A stretch of DNA of 64,000 nt, taken from the NCBI GenBank assembly GCA_963736005.1, contig CAVTNB010000003.1, positions 453,445 to 517,444 of the forward strand, in the 5' to 3' direction. The stretch is from an uncultured Pseudomonadota bacterium (GTDB taxonomy: Bacteria; Vulcanimicrobiota; Vulcanimicrobiia; Eremiobacterales; Eremiobacteraceae). A program made the position numbers and the translations under genes. Below, in pieces: positions 8,297-17,645 of the stretch (position 1 is its first letter; each line of letters opens with the position of its first letter). A model generated the notes under the pieces. It had not been told where the DNA came from and ran no database searches. It saw only the letters and a program-made list of their open reading frames with translations.

Positions 8297-10582
8297 ATGC
8301 GATTTGTACTCGCAACCATTGTCTTGGCAATTCTTGTCACTATGTGCTCCTTGAACCCAGCATCCGCCGATGTCTACGGATCTGTGCGCGGCGTTGTTTT
8401 CGATCCTGGCAATCACCCCATCGACGGTGCGAAGGTCTCGCTCGCGGCGCCTGACGAAGCCACGCAAACAACGCCGACCGACTCCACTGGGCATTTCCGT
8501 TTTGCCCAGGTACCCTTCGACACATACGCACTGAGCGTTGATGCCCAAGGCTTCGCCCCAGCCTCGAGCGTGGTGACAGTTTTGTCGGGTAACGCGGTGG
8601 ACGTGACATTCCATCTTTCACTCAAGACGATCGGGCGGGTCGTCGCGGTGGGCACGTCGACGGGTGCATCAGGGCAACCCGTGAGCGTCAACGTTATTTC
8701 GCAACAAACCATAGCAGCGCTGCCCAACGGAAACTCGCTGCAGCGAATAGTACAGACCGTTCCCGGCGTCGTTCCGTTTTCATATAACGAACCGGTTGCG
8801 CGCGGCTTTCATGGCGTGACCTACGAGATCGACGGGGTCCCGTTACCGCAAACCGCGGGGCAGTACTTCTCCGAGATTATCGACCCGCGTGACGTCGATC
8901 GCCTCGAAGTGTTCACGGGCGCAATGCCCGCCGAGTTCGGCGGTCAGCGTCAGGGCGCCGTGGTTGACGTGCTCACGAAGTCCGCGAACCAGTTCATCGG
9001 CCCAGATGGGGGTACCGTGTCTCTGTTCGGCGGATCGTATAATACCGCTGGTGTGTCGCTCGATCAGGTGGCTGGAAGCGGAAATTTCCGCGCATTCTTC
9101 AACGCCAATCTGTTTCGGAACGCACGTGGTTTGGATTCTCCAACGAGCTCCCCCGAGCACGACAACTCCAATCAGAGCGACGGCTTCTTGCGACTTCTGT
9201 TCTCGCCGAGCTCGCGCGATACGCTGGCGTTTGACTATTCCGAGCAGTATGCAGCGTTCCAAATTCCAATCGACACGAACCAACACGACCCTAACAACCC
9301 AAATTGGTCAGTGCCCGGCACCGACGACAACCAACACGAGTATACCCGCTTTGCGAATCTCACGTACAATCACACAAGCGCCGATGGCAATGGCTTTTTC
9401 GAGTTGACGCCCTGGTGGAGTTCGGACCGGCTCACCTATCTGCCGGATCCGCAGAACGACCTCGCCGGCGCCTCGCAATCCTCGACCTTCCAGGACCGTT
9501 ACTCCAACTTTGTCGGTCTCGCAGCCGCTCTGTTTCGTGGTGGTGAAAGGAACAGCGTCAAAGTTGGAGTCAACACCGACGTTCAAAACATGATGAGCGC
9601 GTTCAACATCTTGTTCATCGACCCAAACACCGGGAAGCTTGCGCCTCCTTTTGAGGACAACGTTGCTCAACGCGGAACGAACACGGGAGTCTATGCCGAA
9701 GACAAGTTCTATGCCTCGCCTTACGTGACCCTAGACGGCGGCCTTCGCTGGGATCACTCGACTGGCTTCACGTCTGGCAATCAGATTAGCCCGCGCATTG
9801 AAGCCAATTTTCAGGCAGACCCAAAGAACGTTGTCCATTTTTACTACGGCCGCTTGTATGCCGCACCAGCCCTCGAAGACGTGCGGCGAGATGCAGTCGT
9901 TATTGGCGGCGGTTCGTCTAACGCAGTGCCGGTGTACGACCTCAAACCTGAGCGAGACTCTATTTATGAGGCCGGCGTTGCGCACGAGTTCAGTCCGCTC
10001 GTGCACGGCTTCCTTACCTTGTGGGGTCGGTCAGTCAACAACGTCCTCGATACGACGCAGATCGGCAGTACGCCGTTGTTTACGGTCTTCAACTCTGCGG
10101 GAGGTCAGGCAAGCGGCGTGGAGTTTCGCATCAACGGCCGCGTCCTCAATGGCAACTCCTATTACTTCTCGTATGGCACAAGCTACAGCATCGCGTCAGG
10201 CATCTCCGGCGGAACGTTCAACTTCCCAGTCAGCGCGCTGCAGGGTGCCAACGGGTGGGCGCTCGAGGACCACGATCAAACGAACACGATCAACACGGCG
10301 TACACGTTCACTGCTCCCGGTGGCCGGTTCGCGACGCTGCAAGCCCTCTTTGGCAGCGGCTTCCCAGTGCAGTTCGAAAATGGCCCGGGGCGGCTGCCGG
10401 CGCACTGGGAACTTGGCGCCTCGTACGGACAGCCGGCGTCGCGCACGGGCGTGGGCTGGGAAGTGAGCGGCACGAACCTGCTCAATCACTTCTATCTAAT
10501 CAAAGTCGCGAACGGGTTCAACTCCACGCAGTACTCGGCCGGAAGGCAGGTTACTGTGAAGTTGACGGCGCCTGTCTACTAA
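8297..10582 (+). CDS. TonB-dependent receptor with N-terminal carboxypeptidase-regulatory-like domain
   Basis: SD GGAGG before ATG 8297; signal peptide; GAMPAEFGG, ISPRI, LKPERD, NLLNHFY...GRQVTVKL. Confidence 0.88.
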   Translation: MRFVLATIVLAILVTMCSLNPASADVYGSVRGVVFDPGNHPIDGAKVSLAAPDEATQTTPTDSTGHFRFAQVPFDTYALSVDAQGFAPASSVVTVLSGNAVDVTFHLSLKTIGRVVAVGTSTGASGQPVSVNVISQQTIAALPNGNSLQRIVQTVPGVVPFSYNEPVARGFHGVTYEIDGVPLPQTAGQYFSEIIDPRDVDRLEVFTGAMPAEFGGQRQGAVVDVLTKSANQFIGPDGGTVSLFGGSYNTAGVSLDQVAGSGNFRAFFNANLFRNARGLDSPTSSPEHDNSNQSDGFLRLLFSPSSRDTLAFDYSEQYAAFQIPIDTNQHDPNNPNWSVPGTDDNQHEYTRFANLTYNHTSADGNGFFELTPWWSSDRLTYLPDPQNDLAGASQSSTFQDRYSNFVGLAAALFRGGERNSVKVGVNTDVQNMMSAFNILFIDPNTGKLAPPFEDNVAQRGTNTGVYAEDKFYASPYVTLDGGLRWDHSTGFTSGNQISPRIEANFQADPKNVVHFYYGRLYAAPALEDVRRDAVVIGGGSSNAVPVYDLKPERDSIYEAGVAHEFSPLVHGFLTLWGRSVNNVLDTTQIGSTPLFTVFNSAGGQASGVEFRINGRVLNGNSYYFSYGTSYSIASGISGGTFNFPVSALQGANGWALEDHDQTNTINTAYTFTAPGGRFATLQALFGSGFPVQFENGPGRLPAHWELGASYGQPASRTGVGWEVSGTNLLNHFYLIKVANGFNSTQYSAGRQVTVKLTAPVY

Positions 10583-11027
10583 GCCGGGACTGTGCACGCG
10601 ACCACCACGCAAGGTAGATCGCCGCAGCAAAGAGACTCACGTCGCGTAGCACCGTCATCCACGTCGCGGGTTGATTGTCGCCTGGACCAAAGCAACCGCA
10701 AGGCGCACTCAACCCGCGGATGACGGCCGAAGCAACGATAACCGAGAAGAGCGCGAGCACAGCAGCCGCGACCGCTGAAGACACCGGAAGCAGGAGCCCC
10801 GCTACGAGATAAATCCCAAGCAGTATCTCAAGTGGCGGGAGCGCGAGCGCCAAGCCTGCAACAAACGGGGGAGGCGCGCCAAGCTTGTAGGCGGTTATCG
10901 CCGCGGCGAGATCGGCGGGATGGCCAATTTTCAAGATGCCTGCAGCGAGGAAAATGCCGCCGACGATAAGGCGTACGAGGAAGGGAACAATATGAGCGCG
11001 AGGCCCAAAGAGACGAGCCAGGGTCAA
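10551..11027 (-). CDS. MauE/DoxX family membrane protein
   Basis: RLIVGGIFLAAGILKI, LPPLEILLG, RGLSAPCGCFG. Start uncertain (TTG 11027); 5' end overlaps the divergent TlpA gene. Confidence 0.8.
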   Translation of the reverse strand: MTLARLFGPRAHIVPFLVRLIVGGIFLAAGILKIGHPADLAAAITAYKLGAPPPFVAGLALALPPLEILLGIYLVAGLLLPVSSAVAAAVLALFSVIVASAVIRGLSAPCGCFGPGDNQPATWMTVLRDVSLFAAAIYLAWWSRAQSRLSRQAPSTSQ

Positions 11028-11645
11028 AAGGCCGCCACCTCGCCGCCACGCCGACCCACAAGCGTGCTCTTGCCAGCCATCGTCGCGTTGGTTGCGATTG
11101 CTGCTATCATTGTCTACGCGGTTCTGCACGCCAACCGAGCCGTTCCTGGGTCTGCTGTCGCAACCGACTCGCCTGCGCTCCCACCGCCAATCAAAGCCGG
11201 CGCGCAAGCGCCCGGGTTTGCGTTGCCCAGCAAGATTGGCACGTTTTCCTCAAGCGAACTTGACGGCACGCCCTATCTCTTGGAGATTTTTGCGACGTGG
11301 TGCCCGCACTGCCAGCGCATGACGAAGGTTCTGCGCGCGATTCGCGCGAGCGTACCGCAAGCGCGTCTCGGCATGGTTTCGGTGACCGGCTCGCCGTACG
11401 CGGCTAATTCGACGCCGGACAATCTCGTTCCCGAAAATCAAGGTGACGTTGATGCATTTGAGTCAACGTTCGGCGTCACGTGGCCGAGCTTTTACGATCC
11501 CGACCTTACGGTGGCAAAGAAGTGGGGCTTGGATGGCTTCCCGACGATCTTCATCGTCAATGCAAAAGGAACGATCGTCTACGCAACGAGCGGGGAAGTA
11601 TCAAAAACCGAATTGATGAACGCCATAAAGAAGGCCGGCGCTTAG
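10992..11645 (+). CDS. TlpA/ResA-like thiol-disulfide oxidoreductase
   Basis: N-terminal TM anchor, FATWCPHC, cis-Pro motif GFPTIFIVNAKG. Confidence 0.88.
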   Translation: MSARPKETSQGQKAATSPPRRPTSVLLPAIVALVAIAAIIVYAVLHANRAVPGSAVATDSPALPPPIKAGAQAPGFALPSKIGTFSSSELDGTPYLLEIFATWCPHCQRMTKVLRAIRASVPQARLGMVSVTGSPYAANSTPDNLVPENQGDVDAFESTFGVTWPSFYDPDLTVAKKWGLDGFPTIFIVNAKGTIVYATSGEVSKTELMNAIKKAGA

Positions 11646-12385
11646 ACACTGCGCTGCAGCACGAACAAGGAGTCATAGTATCCTCTTGTGCTCGGCGTAA
11701 AATGAGATCGCCGGGCTGAGGCAATTTCTCCTTGGGCGGCCAAGCGCGCGAGCAGTGCCGGGCACCCGCGCGATGAGGCCAAGCGCATCCAGCGCGATCC
11801 GGCCGAGCGCCGAATCGGATAGTGCCGCAGCACGGTGAAGCCACTGCGCCGGAAGGTCTCGCCATAGCGCTCGATGGTCAAACCACGTCCATTGTCGAGC
11901 TGTTCGATCAGGATGCCGTTGCCGCCGGGCGCCGTCACGCGGGCGAGCTCTGGCATTGCGGCATCCAGGACAGCGGTACGCAGCAAGACGTACGCGCTCA
12001 AGAACAAGTCGAAAAATCCATCGGCGAAAGGCAATGGGCCGTCGCGCCACAGCACGAGACGATCCTCCGGCACGACGTGCGCGGCGCGCGCCATCTCGAT
12101 GCAATCCGCCGTGCGATCCACGCCATAGGTTTGCGCTGCGAAAGCGGAGAGGGTGGGCATCAACCGCGCCCCACCACATCCGAAATCTAGGGCGCGTTCG
12201 TACCGCCGATGCAGCTCGCCGAGCGCTCGGCTTAGGGAGATCTTGTGCACCGCGTCGATGAACCCGTTCTTCTTCCCAATTGTGTCTCCGCAATCGAGCG
12301 CCACGCCATAGACGCCATAGCGCGCACGGTCGCTCCATGAGAGACCTTCGTACACGTCGAAGTTTTCTTCAACCATTGAAGCCAT
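11642..12385 (-). CDS. Class I SAM-dependent methyltransferase
   Basis: ALDFGCGGAR, LPFADGFFDL, ELARVTAPGG. Confidence 0.85.
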   Translation of the reverse strand: MASMVEENFDVYEGLSWSDRARYGVYGVALDCGDTIGKKNGFIDAVHKISLSRALGELHRRYERALDFGCGGARLMPTLSAFAAQTYGVDRTADCIEMARAAHVVPEDRLVLWRDGPLPFADGFFDLFLSAYVLLRTAVLDAAMPELARVTAPGGNGILIEQLDNGRGLTIERYGETFRRSGFTVLRHYPIRRSAGSRWMRLASSRGCPALLARLAAQGEIASARRSHFTPSTRGYYDSLFVLQRSV

Positions 12386-12397
12386 GAGGGGAGAGCA

Positions 12398-12655
12398 ATG
12401 CCGCGATACGTCTCATTACACGCGCTTGGCTGTTTGCCGAAACCGGCGTTTGCTTCCTTGTGCGCGAGAATTTTCTCGGGCAGTACCGCTGCGCACCGAA
12501 TCATCGCAGGGCAGGTGGGAGAAAAGATGCTCGTCGAGTTCGATGCGCCCGATGCGCCAAGCGCGGAGGCGTGGTTGCGTGCGAACAAACTCACACCGCT
12601 GTGGGTGCTGCGCCTCGACTACGAAAGCACGGATGGTCGGATCGCCGAACTCTGA
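12398..12655 (+). CDS. Small hypothetical protein
   Basis: 85 aa ORF with GGAG SD; fills the gap between genes. Confidence 0.55.
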   Translation: MPRYVSLHALGCLPKPAFASLCARIFSGSTAAHRIIAGQVGEKMLVEFDAPDAPSAEAWLRANKLTPLWVLRLDYESTDGRIAEL

Positions 12656-12836
12656 ACCTGATCTTGCCGCCGCATTGAGGTGACCAATCCCATATGAAGG
12701 GCGCCAGTGAGGTCATCTGTAGGTCATATGTCGCGGGTTTAAAGCGTCCGGCGAGGGAAGACTTGGTCACACCCATACACATGGGCCGAACACTTACTCA
12801 ACGTGAATTCACACAATCGAAAGGCTTAATCTCTTC

Positions 12837-13271
12837 ATGAAGAAACTACAACAAGGGTTCACGCTCATCGAACTGATGATCGTGATCGCCATTATCGCGA
12901 TTCTCGCAGCCATTCTTATTCCGAACTTCCTCCACGCGCGTTCTGAGGCCGTCACCGCGGCCTGCGAAGGCAACGAGAAGCAGCTTGCCACAGCTGAAGA
13001 GGAATACTCGGTTGACAATGGCGGCGCGTATGCTTCGCTTGCCGTCCTCACGACACCATACTTGAGCGTCGTTGTGACGGATCCGGTGAAGAAGGGCAAC
13101 GCTTACACCGTGACGATCCCGGGTTCGGGCTCCAATGGCTCGTATCAGATCTCGGACGCGGGCGGACATGACACGACCACCACGACCAGCCTCACGCAAA
13201 CGGGCGGTGCTGCATGCACGGCGTGCGCATCCATCGTTTACGCACAGGCCTCTGGCATCCACGGTAACTAA
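12837..13271 (+). CDS. Type IV pilin (class III signal peptide)
   Basis: QQG|FTLIELMIVIAIIAILAAILIPNF; monocistronic with strong terminator, consistent with a major pilin. Confidence 0.92.
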   Translation: MKKLQQGFTLIELMIVIAIIAILAAILIPNFLHARSEAVTAACEGNEKQLATAEEEYSVDNGGAYASLAVLTTPYLSVVVTDPVKKGNAYTVTIPGSGSNGSYQISDAGGHDTTTTTSLTQTGGAACTACASIVYAQASGIHGN

Positions 13272-13294
13272 AACGCTCGACGCGGAGCAAAAGT

Positions 13295-13327
13295 AAAAGA
13301 GCCGGTCCCTGGACCGGCTCTTTTTTT
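13295..13327. terminator. Bidirectional intrinsic terminator
   Basis: AAAAGAGCCGGTCC-CT-GGACCGGCTCTTTTTTT between convergent genes. Confidence 0.9.
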
Positions 13328-13338
13328 GCGAGCTATAC

Positions 13339-13983
13339 CTATTGACTTGCGTTAGCCGCGTTATGCAAATACGAATCGATGAACGAGACGATCTTGTGCT
13401 TGTCGATCGCCGGCAACGTCCCCAATCGTGTCCAGGCGGTGAGCGCAATCCGTGACTTCATCGCGGGATAGGGCGCCACGATAACCGCCAGCCCCTGATC
13501 TTCGCCGTTTTGCACGTCCGCCGCGCTTGGCTGCAACTCATTTGTGGGAATGAGGTGCATGTCGTACACCATCGCAATGCTACCGAGCGCGGCCGCCAGA
13601 CCAGGACAATTGCAATTGTACTGCAGCAACACATTGCCGTGTTCGAGCAAGTGAACTTGGACGTACTTGGGAATCGGCACCGGGCTGATAAACGTGTCGG
13701 TAAAGAGTTCGCGATGGGGACCAGAGCTCGGCGGGTTGGAATTGTACACGAAATCATCCGGTTCGCCCGGTTGTAAGTGCGTGTGGCCTTGCGAGGGATA
13801 ATACGTACCCAAAAACGGAGCTGGAGAGTTTACCGGCGTGGCGGAAGTGGTACTGCTCGCAGGAGCAGCGTTGGCGGGGGAGGCAGAAGCCGCCCCGCCA
13901 CTCCGCGAACCCGAGCACCCAGCGAGCGCGAGGACGCACACGGCAACAGTGAGGCTTGATCGAACGGCGCACGCAAAGTTCAT
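13339..13983 (-). CDS. DUF3105-like lipoprotein
   Basis: Lipobox LAGC; YNSNPPSSGPH, VHLLEHG..LLQYNC, IALTAWTR. Confidence 0.8.
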   Translation of the reverse strand: MNFACAVRSSLTVAVCVLALAGCSGSRSGGAASASPANAAPASSTTSATPVNSPAPFLGTYYPSQGHTHLQPGEPDDFVYNSNPPSSGPHRELFTDTFISPVPIPKYVQVHLLEHGNVLLQYNCNCPGLAAALGSIAMVYDMHLIPTNELQPSAADVQNGEDQGLAVIVAPYPAMKSRIALTAWTRLGTLPAIDKHKIVSFIDSYLHNAANASQ

Positions 13984-14023
13984 ATCTGAGCTTTCGTCCT
14001 GGACGCGCGCCGGGCCTCGCATC

Positions 14024-14659
14024 TCACTGATTGAGGTTGTCTTCGTTGCGCAGCCATTGGTTGATGAATGACATGATTTTTGTTCGGTCCACGGCATCGA
14101 GCGTTGCCAAGCGCGTCCAGGCGGTGAGCGCTATTTTGTGAGGCATCCCTGGATAAGGCGCGACAATCACCGCGAGCCCGCTTTCCTCCGCCGAGTGAAC
14201 TTGATCCGGTGTGGGTTGTACCGTCCCTGGCGGCAAGACTCTGGCATCGAACTCATTAGCAATTTCAGCAAGCTGTTGCGCGACGTCCGGGCACAGCAAG
14301 CAATTGTATTGCAACAAAATATTGCCGTGCTCGAGCAAGTGCACTTGGACGTACTTAGGAAGCGGTGTCGCGTTGATCAATACCCCTGTTGTGACTTCCC
14401 GATGATATCCAGAAGTTGGTGGATCGCTGTTGTATCGAAAATGCGCAAAGCGACGGTCGTCACCAGGCATGTGCCCTTGATGGCCCTGCGAAGGATAGTG
14501 GGAGCCCGTAAAGGCGCTCGGTGCGGGCTGCGGCGGAGCGTTTGCGCTACGCAAGTGCATGATGAGCGCCACCACGACGCCGGCGACCACGATGAGGGCG
14601 AGCACCGGGGGCAGCAGCGACATCGCCGAAGATTGCTGTTTTTTGATTCTTTTTGCCAT
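14024..14659 (-). CDS. DUF3105-like membrane-anchored protein (paralogue of the neighbouring gene)
   Basis: YNSDPPTSGYH, VHLLEHGNILLQYNC, IALTAWTR. Confidence 0.8.
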   Translation of the reverse strand: MAKRIKKQQSSAMSLLPPVLALIVVAGVVVALIMHLRSANAPPQPAPSAFTGSHYPSQGHQGHMPGDDRRFAHFRYNSDPPTSGYHREVTTGVLINATPLPKYVQVHLLEHGNILLQYNCLLCPDVAQQLAEIANEFDARVLPPGTVQPTPDQVHSAEESGLAVIVAPYPGMPHKIALTAWTRLATLDAVDRTKIMSFINQWLRNEDNLNQ

Positions 14660-15471
14660 TAGCTTCCCGGAAAATAAGGCACGGCGTCGATGTCCTGGGT
14701 AATGATTCCATGGTACGTGCCGTGTCCAAAGGCAGTCAGATCGACGGAGAACAAGCCGCCGTTGGTTGTGACGCGCACCGTCACAAGGCCCAGCGGCACG
14801 TCGGTCGTCTGCCACGTTTCGACGCGCGATTCGGGCAGTCCGGTCGAACCTCCGATATCTCGTGGGGGAAAGTCGACACTGGTATGCACCGTGTTGAGCG
14901 TGGCGCCGCGGATCGAAACGTTCTCCGGCCGAGATGAAACGACGATCCCGGCGCGAGTGTCGGGCATCGGCAACAAGCCGAACAGCAAGAGCGATTGGAG
15001 CGTTTGGTGGTATGTGGCAGGCACTGGCTTCGATGGGTCGCCACCCAAACGAAAGAGCGCGTCGCCGATCTTGATGATGCCGCCGGCGAATGAATAGAGC
15101 CGCAGGCTGTCGTTGAAATCCGGTGCGTCGACGAACATCTTCCAGGTAATGGTTCCCCCCGCGACCGACTGGCTCGCCACGGGTGAAGAGACCAGTCCAG
15201 ACGTCTGTGTTTGAATTTCAAAGAACGCCGCCTGCGTGGCTCCAAGTGTGCCAGTTCCAAAGCCGATCGTCTTCGTCGCAACCGGATTGCCATTCACCGA
15301 GACTCGATAGCGTACCCAATCACCCGCCTGTGGGGCGACAAAGAGATAACCAAAGAGATCGGTCTGCGTGATGGTCTGGCCAACCTGCGGAGCGACGATT
15401 GCCGCACGCGCGGGCGCGAGCAAGCCCAGCATCACCCCCACCAGCTCGGCGGTTACGAGCAGCGCGCGCAC
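14659..15471 (-). CDS. Secreted hypothetical protein
   Basis: 270 aa, signal peptide ending ARA, coupled to its neighbours. Confidence 0.7.
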   Translation of the reverse strand: MRALLVTAELVGVMLGLLAPARAAIVAPQVGQTITQTDLFGYLFVAPQAGDWVRYRVSVNGNPVATKTIGFGTGTLGATQAAFFEIQTQTSGLVSSPVASQSVAGGTITWKMFVDAPDFNDSLRLYSFAGGIIKIGDALFRLGGDPSKPVPATYHQTLQSLLLFGLLPMPDTRAGIVVSSRPENVSIRGATLNTVHTSVDFPPRDIGGSTGLPESRVETWQTTDVPLGLVTVRVTTNGGLFSVDLTAFGHGTYHGIITQDIDAVPYFPGS

Positions 15472-15884
15472 ACGCCGAAAAATTCCAGTTGATGCTCCGT
15501 GAGCGAAAATCCGAGTCCGCGCGATAGGATCCTCTCGTAGTTGGGCAGCGCTTTGCAGGGAACGTCATCGACGCGGCCGCAGCGCTTGCACACGGCGTGA
15601 TGGTGATGCTCGCTCGCGCACCAGAGGTAGGCTGCTTCGCCATGCTGTTGGGTTGCGGTCGACACCCAACCCATCTCACGCAGCGCCTCGAGCGTTCGGT
15701 AAATGGTCGCGAGTCCGACGGGCGGGCGTCGGCCACGCATCCGCTCGTGCAGCTCTTTGGCGGTGAGGTAGCGGCGCGCCGATCGCAGCGCGCCAATCAC
15801 GTGCTGGCGCTGTTTGGTCATGCGACGCGATGTGCCTGCGAAAAGTTCGCGAGAGCCTATCGGCGGCTTTGCGGGGGTTTTCAT
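15453..15884 (-). CDS. zur: Fur-family regulator, probably Zur
   Basis: RMTKQR, GLATIYRTL, HHHHAVCKRCG, FFGVCARC; lies within a metal ABC operon. Metal specificity is inferred. Confidence 0.8.
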   Translation of the reverse strand: MKTPAKPPIGSRELFAGTSRRMTKQRQHVIGALRSARRYLTAKELHERMRGRRPPVGLATIYRTLEALREMGWVSTATQQHGEAAYLWCASEHHHHAVCKRCGRVDDVPCKALPNYERILSRGLGFSLTEHQLEFFGVCARCS

Positions 15885-16744
15885 TTGACGCGTGCAGCCG
15901 TTCGGCGCGCATCGAGCAGCGCGGTCAGCAACGAGCGGCGCTTGGGTGAGAAGATCATGGCGCCGAAGAAGCACGCGGTTGCGACGAGGACGATGCTTGC
16001 GCCCGAAGCGACGTTGAGATAGAAGGAGAGATACAGACCGACGATGGCCGATCCCATCCCGACGATGGCAGAAATGAACATCATTGGGCCGAATCGGTTG
16101 GTGAGTTGGTACGCGGTGGCCGCAGGCGTCACAAGCAACGCGGCAACTAAGACGATACCGGCCGCCTGGAGTGAAACGATGATCGTGACCGCCAAAATCC
16201 CAAGCAAGAGATAGGAGAGGCCGTCCACCGGCAGCCCGCTGGCGCCGGCCGAGACGGGGTCAAACGAGGCAAAGAGCAGCTCTTTGTAGAGCAACGCGAT
16301 GACAGCGAGAATGACCGTCGTCAGCAAAGCAATGATGACGATATCCTTGCGATCGATCGCTAAGATGTTGCCGAAGAGAAAATCTTGAAGATCGATGACG
16401 TAATTCTTGACGTGTGACATGAGCGCAATGCCCAGAGCAAACGCAGCGGTAAAAAACACGCCGATCGTCGTATCGAGCGAGACTTCCGATTTCTTGCTCA
16501 CAGCGCCGATCCCAAGCGCCGTGAGAATGGTAAAAATGAGTCCGCCAATGTACAGATCGAACTTCAGGAGATACGCGATGACGATGCCAGCGAACGATGC
16601 GTGCGCCAGACCGTCGCCGATAAACGACATATTGCGGAGCACGACGTAGACCCCGACAATCGAGCAGACGAGTCCAATGAGCAGCGCGGTTATGAGTGCG
16701 CGCACCATAAAATCGTTCTGCAGGGGCGAAATGAGAAGATCCAC
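15881..16744 (-). CDS. znuB: Zn/Mn ABC transporter permease
   Basis: GVYVVLRNMSFIGDGLAHASFAG, FLFGNIL, ALLVTPAATA. Confidence 0.88.
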   Translation of the reverse strand: MDLLISPLQNDFMVRALITALLIGLVCSIVGVYVVLRNMSFIGDGLAHASFAGIVIAYLLKFDLYIGGLIFTILTALGIGAVSKKSEVSLDTTIGVFFTAAFALGIALMSHVKNYVIDLQDFLFGNILAIDRKDIVIIALLTTVILAVIALLYKELLFASFDPVSAGASGLPVDGLSYLLLGILAVTIIVSLQAAGIVLVAALLVTPAATAYQLTNRFGPMMFISAIVGMGSAIVGLYLSFYLNVASGASIVLVATACFFGAMIFSPKRRSLLTALLDARRTAARVK

Positions 16745-16748
16745 GTCG

Positions 16749-17645
16749 TTACGCCGGCGTTGGGGCGCCGAAGAGCACGTGGCTGCCATAGGTGGCCGAG
16801 AGCGTTTCCCGAGTGAGGACTTCGGAGGGCGAACCGAAGGCAACGACGCGATGGTTGAGGGCCAAGACCCGATCGAACCACTCCGCCACGCACGAAAGAT
16901 CGTGGGTCGTGGCGATGATCGTAGTGCCCTTCTGCTTCAGCCCTTCGAGCAAGGTAAAGATGGCGTGCTGCGTGGTTGCGTCGACCCCAGCGATCGGCTC
17001 GTCGAGCAGCATGAGCTGCGGGCGTTGCACGAGCGCGCGGGCGACGAAAACGCGCTGTTGCTGACCGCCTGACAGCTGGCCGATTTGCGCGCCAGCGTAG
17101 GCTGACATGCCCAACTGTTCTATGGCTTCTGCCGCTGCCTGACGGTCCGCTGCGCTCGGCCTTCGGAAGAGTCCCACGCGACCGTAGGTGCCCATGAGGA
17201 CGACGTCGGTGACGGTGACCGGGAACGACCAATTGACCGACTCGCTTTGCGGCACGTAGCCGATGAGATGGCGCACTTCGGGGCTGGGCGGTTGCCCAAA
17301 AACGAGCACTGAGCCGCATTGCACGGGCAAGAGGCCGGCAATGACTTTCAACAGCGTTGACTTACCGGATCCGTTTGGGCCGATGATGCCGACGAACTCG
17401 CCCCGCTTGACGCCAAACGTTACCTCGTCGAGCACGTCCCTGCCGAAATAGCCGGCGCACACCCCCTCCACCCACAACGCCTGCTCGGCGATTTTGTCGA
17501 GGCTCGGTGCGACCTTGGCATGGCCTTCGTGAGGATGGGTGTGAAAAGTTGCTGGCGCCACGGCATGGCTGTGGTCCAACGCGGGCGGAACTTCATGTGG
17601 CGCAACGTGCGTATGATCGTGTCGCACGGCCGGATCGCTTTTCAT
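16749..17645 (-). CDS. znuC: Zn/Mn ABC transporter ATPase with His-rich N-terminus
   Basis: GPNGSGKST, LSGGQQQR, LLDEP, TTHDL. Confidence 0.9.
   Translation of the reverse strand: MKSDPAVRHDHTHVAPHEVPPALDHSHAVAPATFHTHPHEGHAKVAPSLDKIAEQALWVEGVCAGYFGRDVLDEVTFGVKRGEFVGIIGPNGSGKSTLLKVIAGLLPVQCGSVLVFGQPPSPEVRHLIGYVPQSESVNWSFPVTVTDVVLMGTYGRVGLFRRPSAADRQAAAEAIEQLGMSAYAGAQIGQLSGGQQQRVFVARALVQRPQLMLLDEPIAGVDATTQHAIFTLLEGLKQKGTTIIATTHDLSCVAEWFDRVLALNHRVVAFGSPSEVLTRETLSATYGSHVLFGAPTPA

Noticed and set aside
12660..12836. c-di-GMP riboswitch upstream of the pilin
   Set aside because: No class I or II consensus motifs visible.
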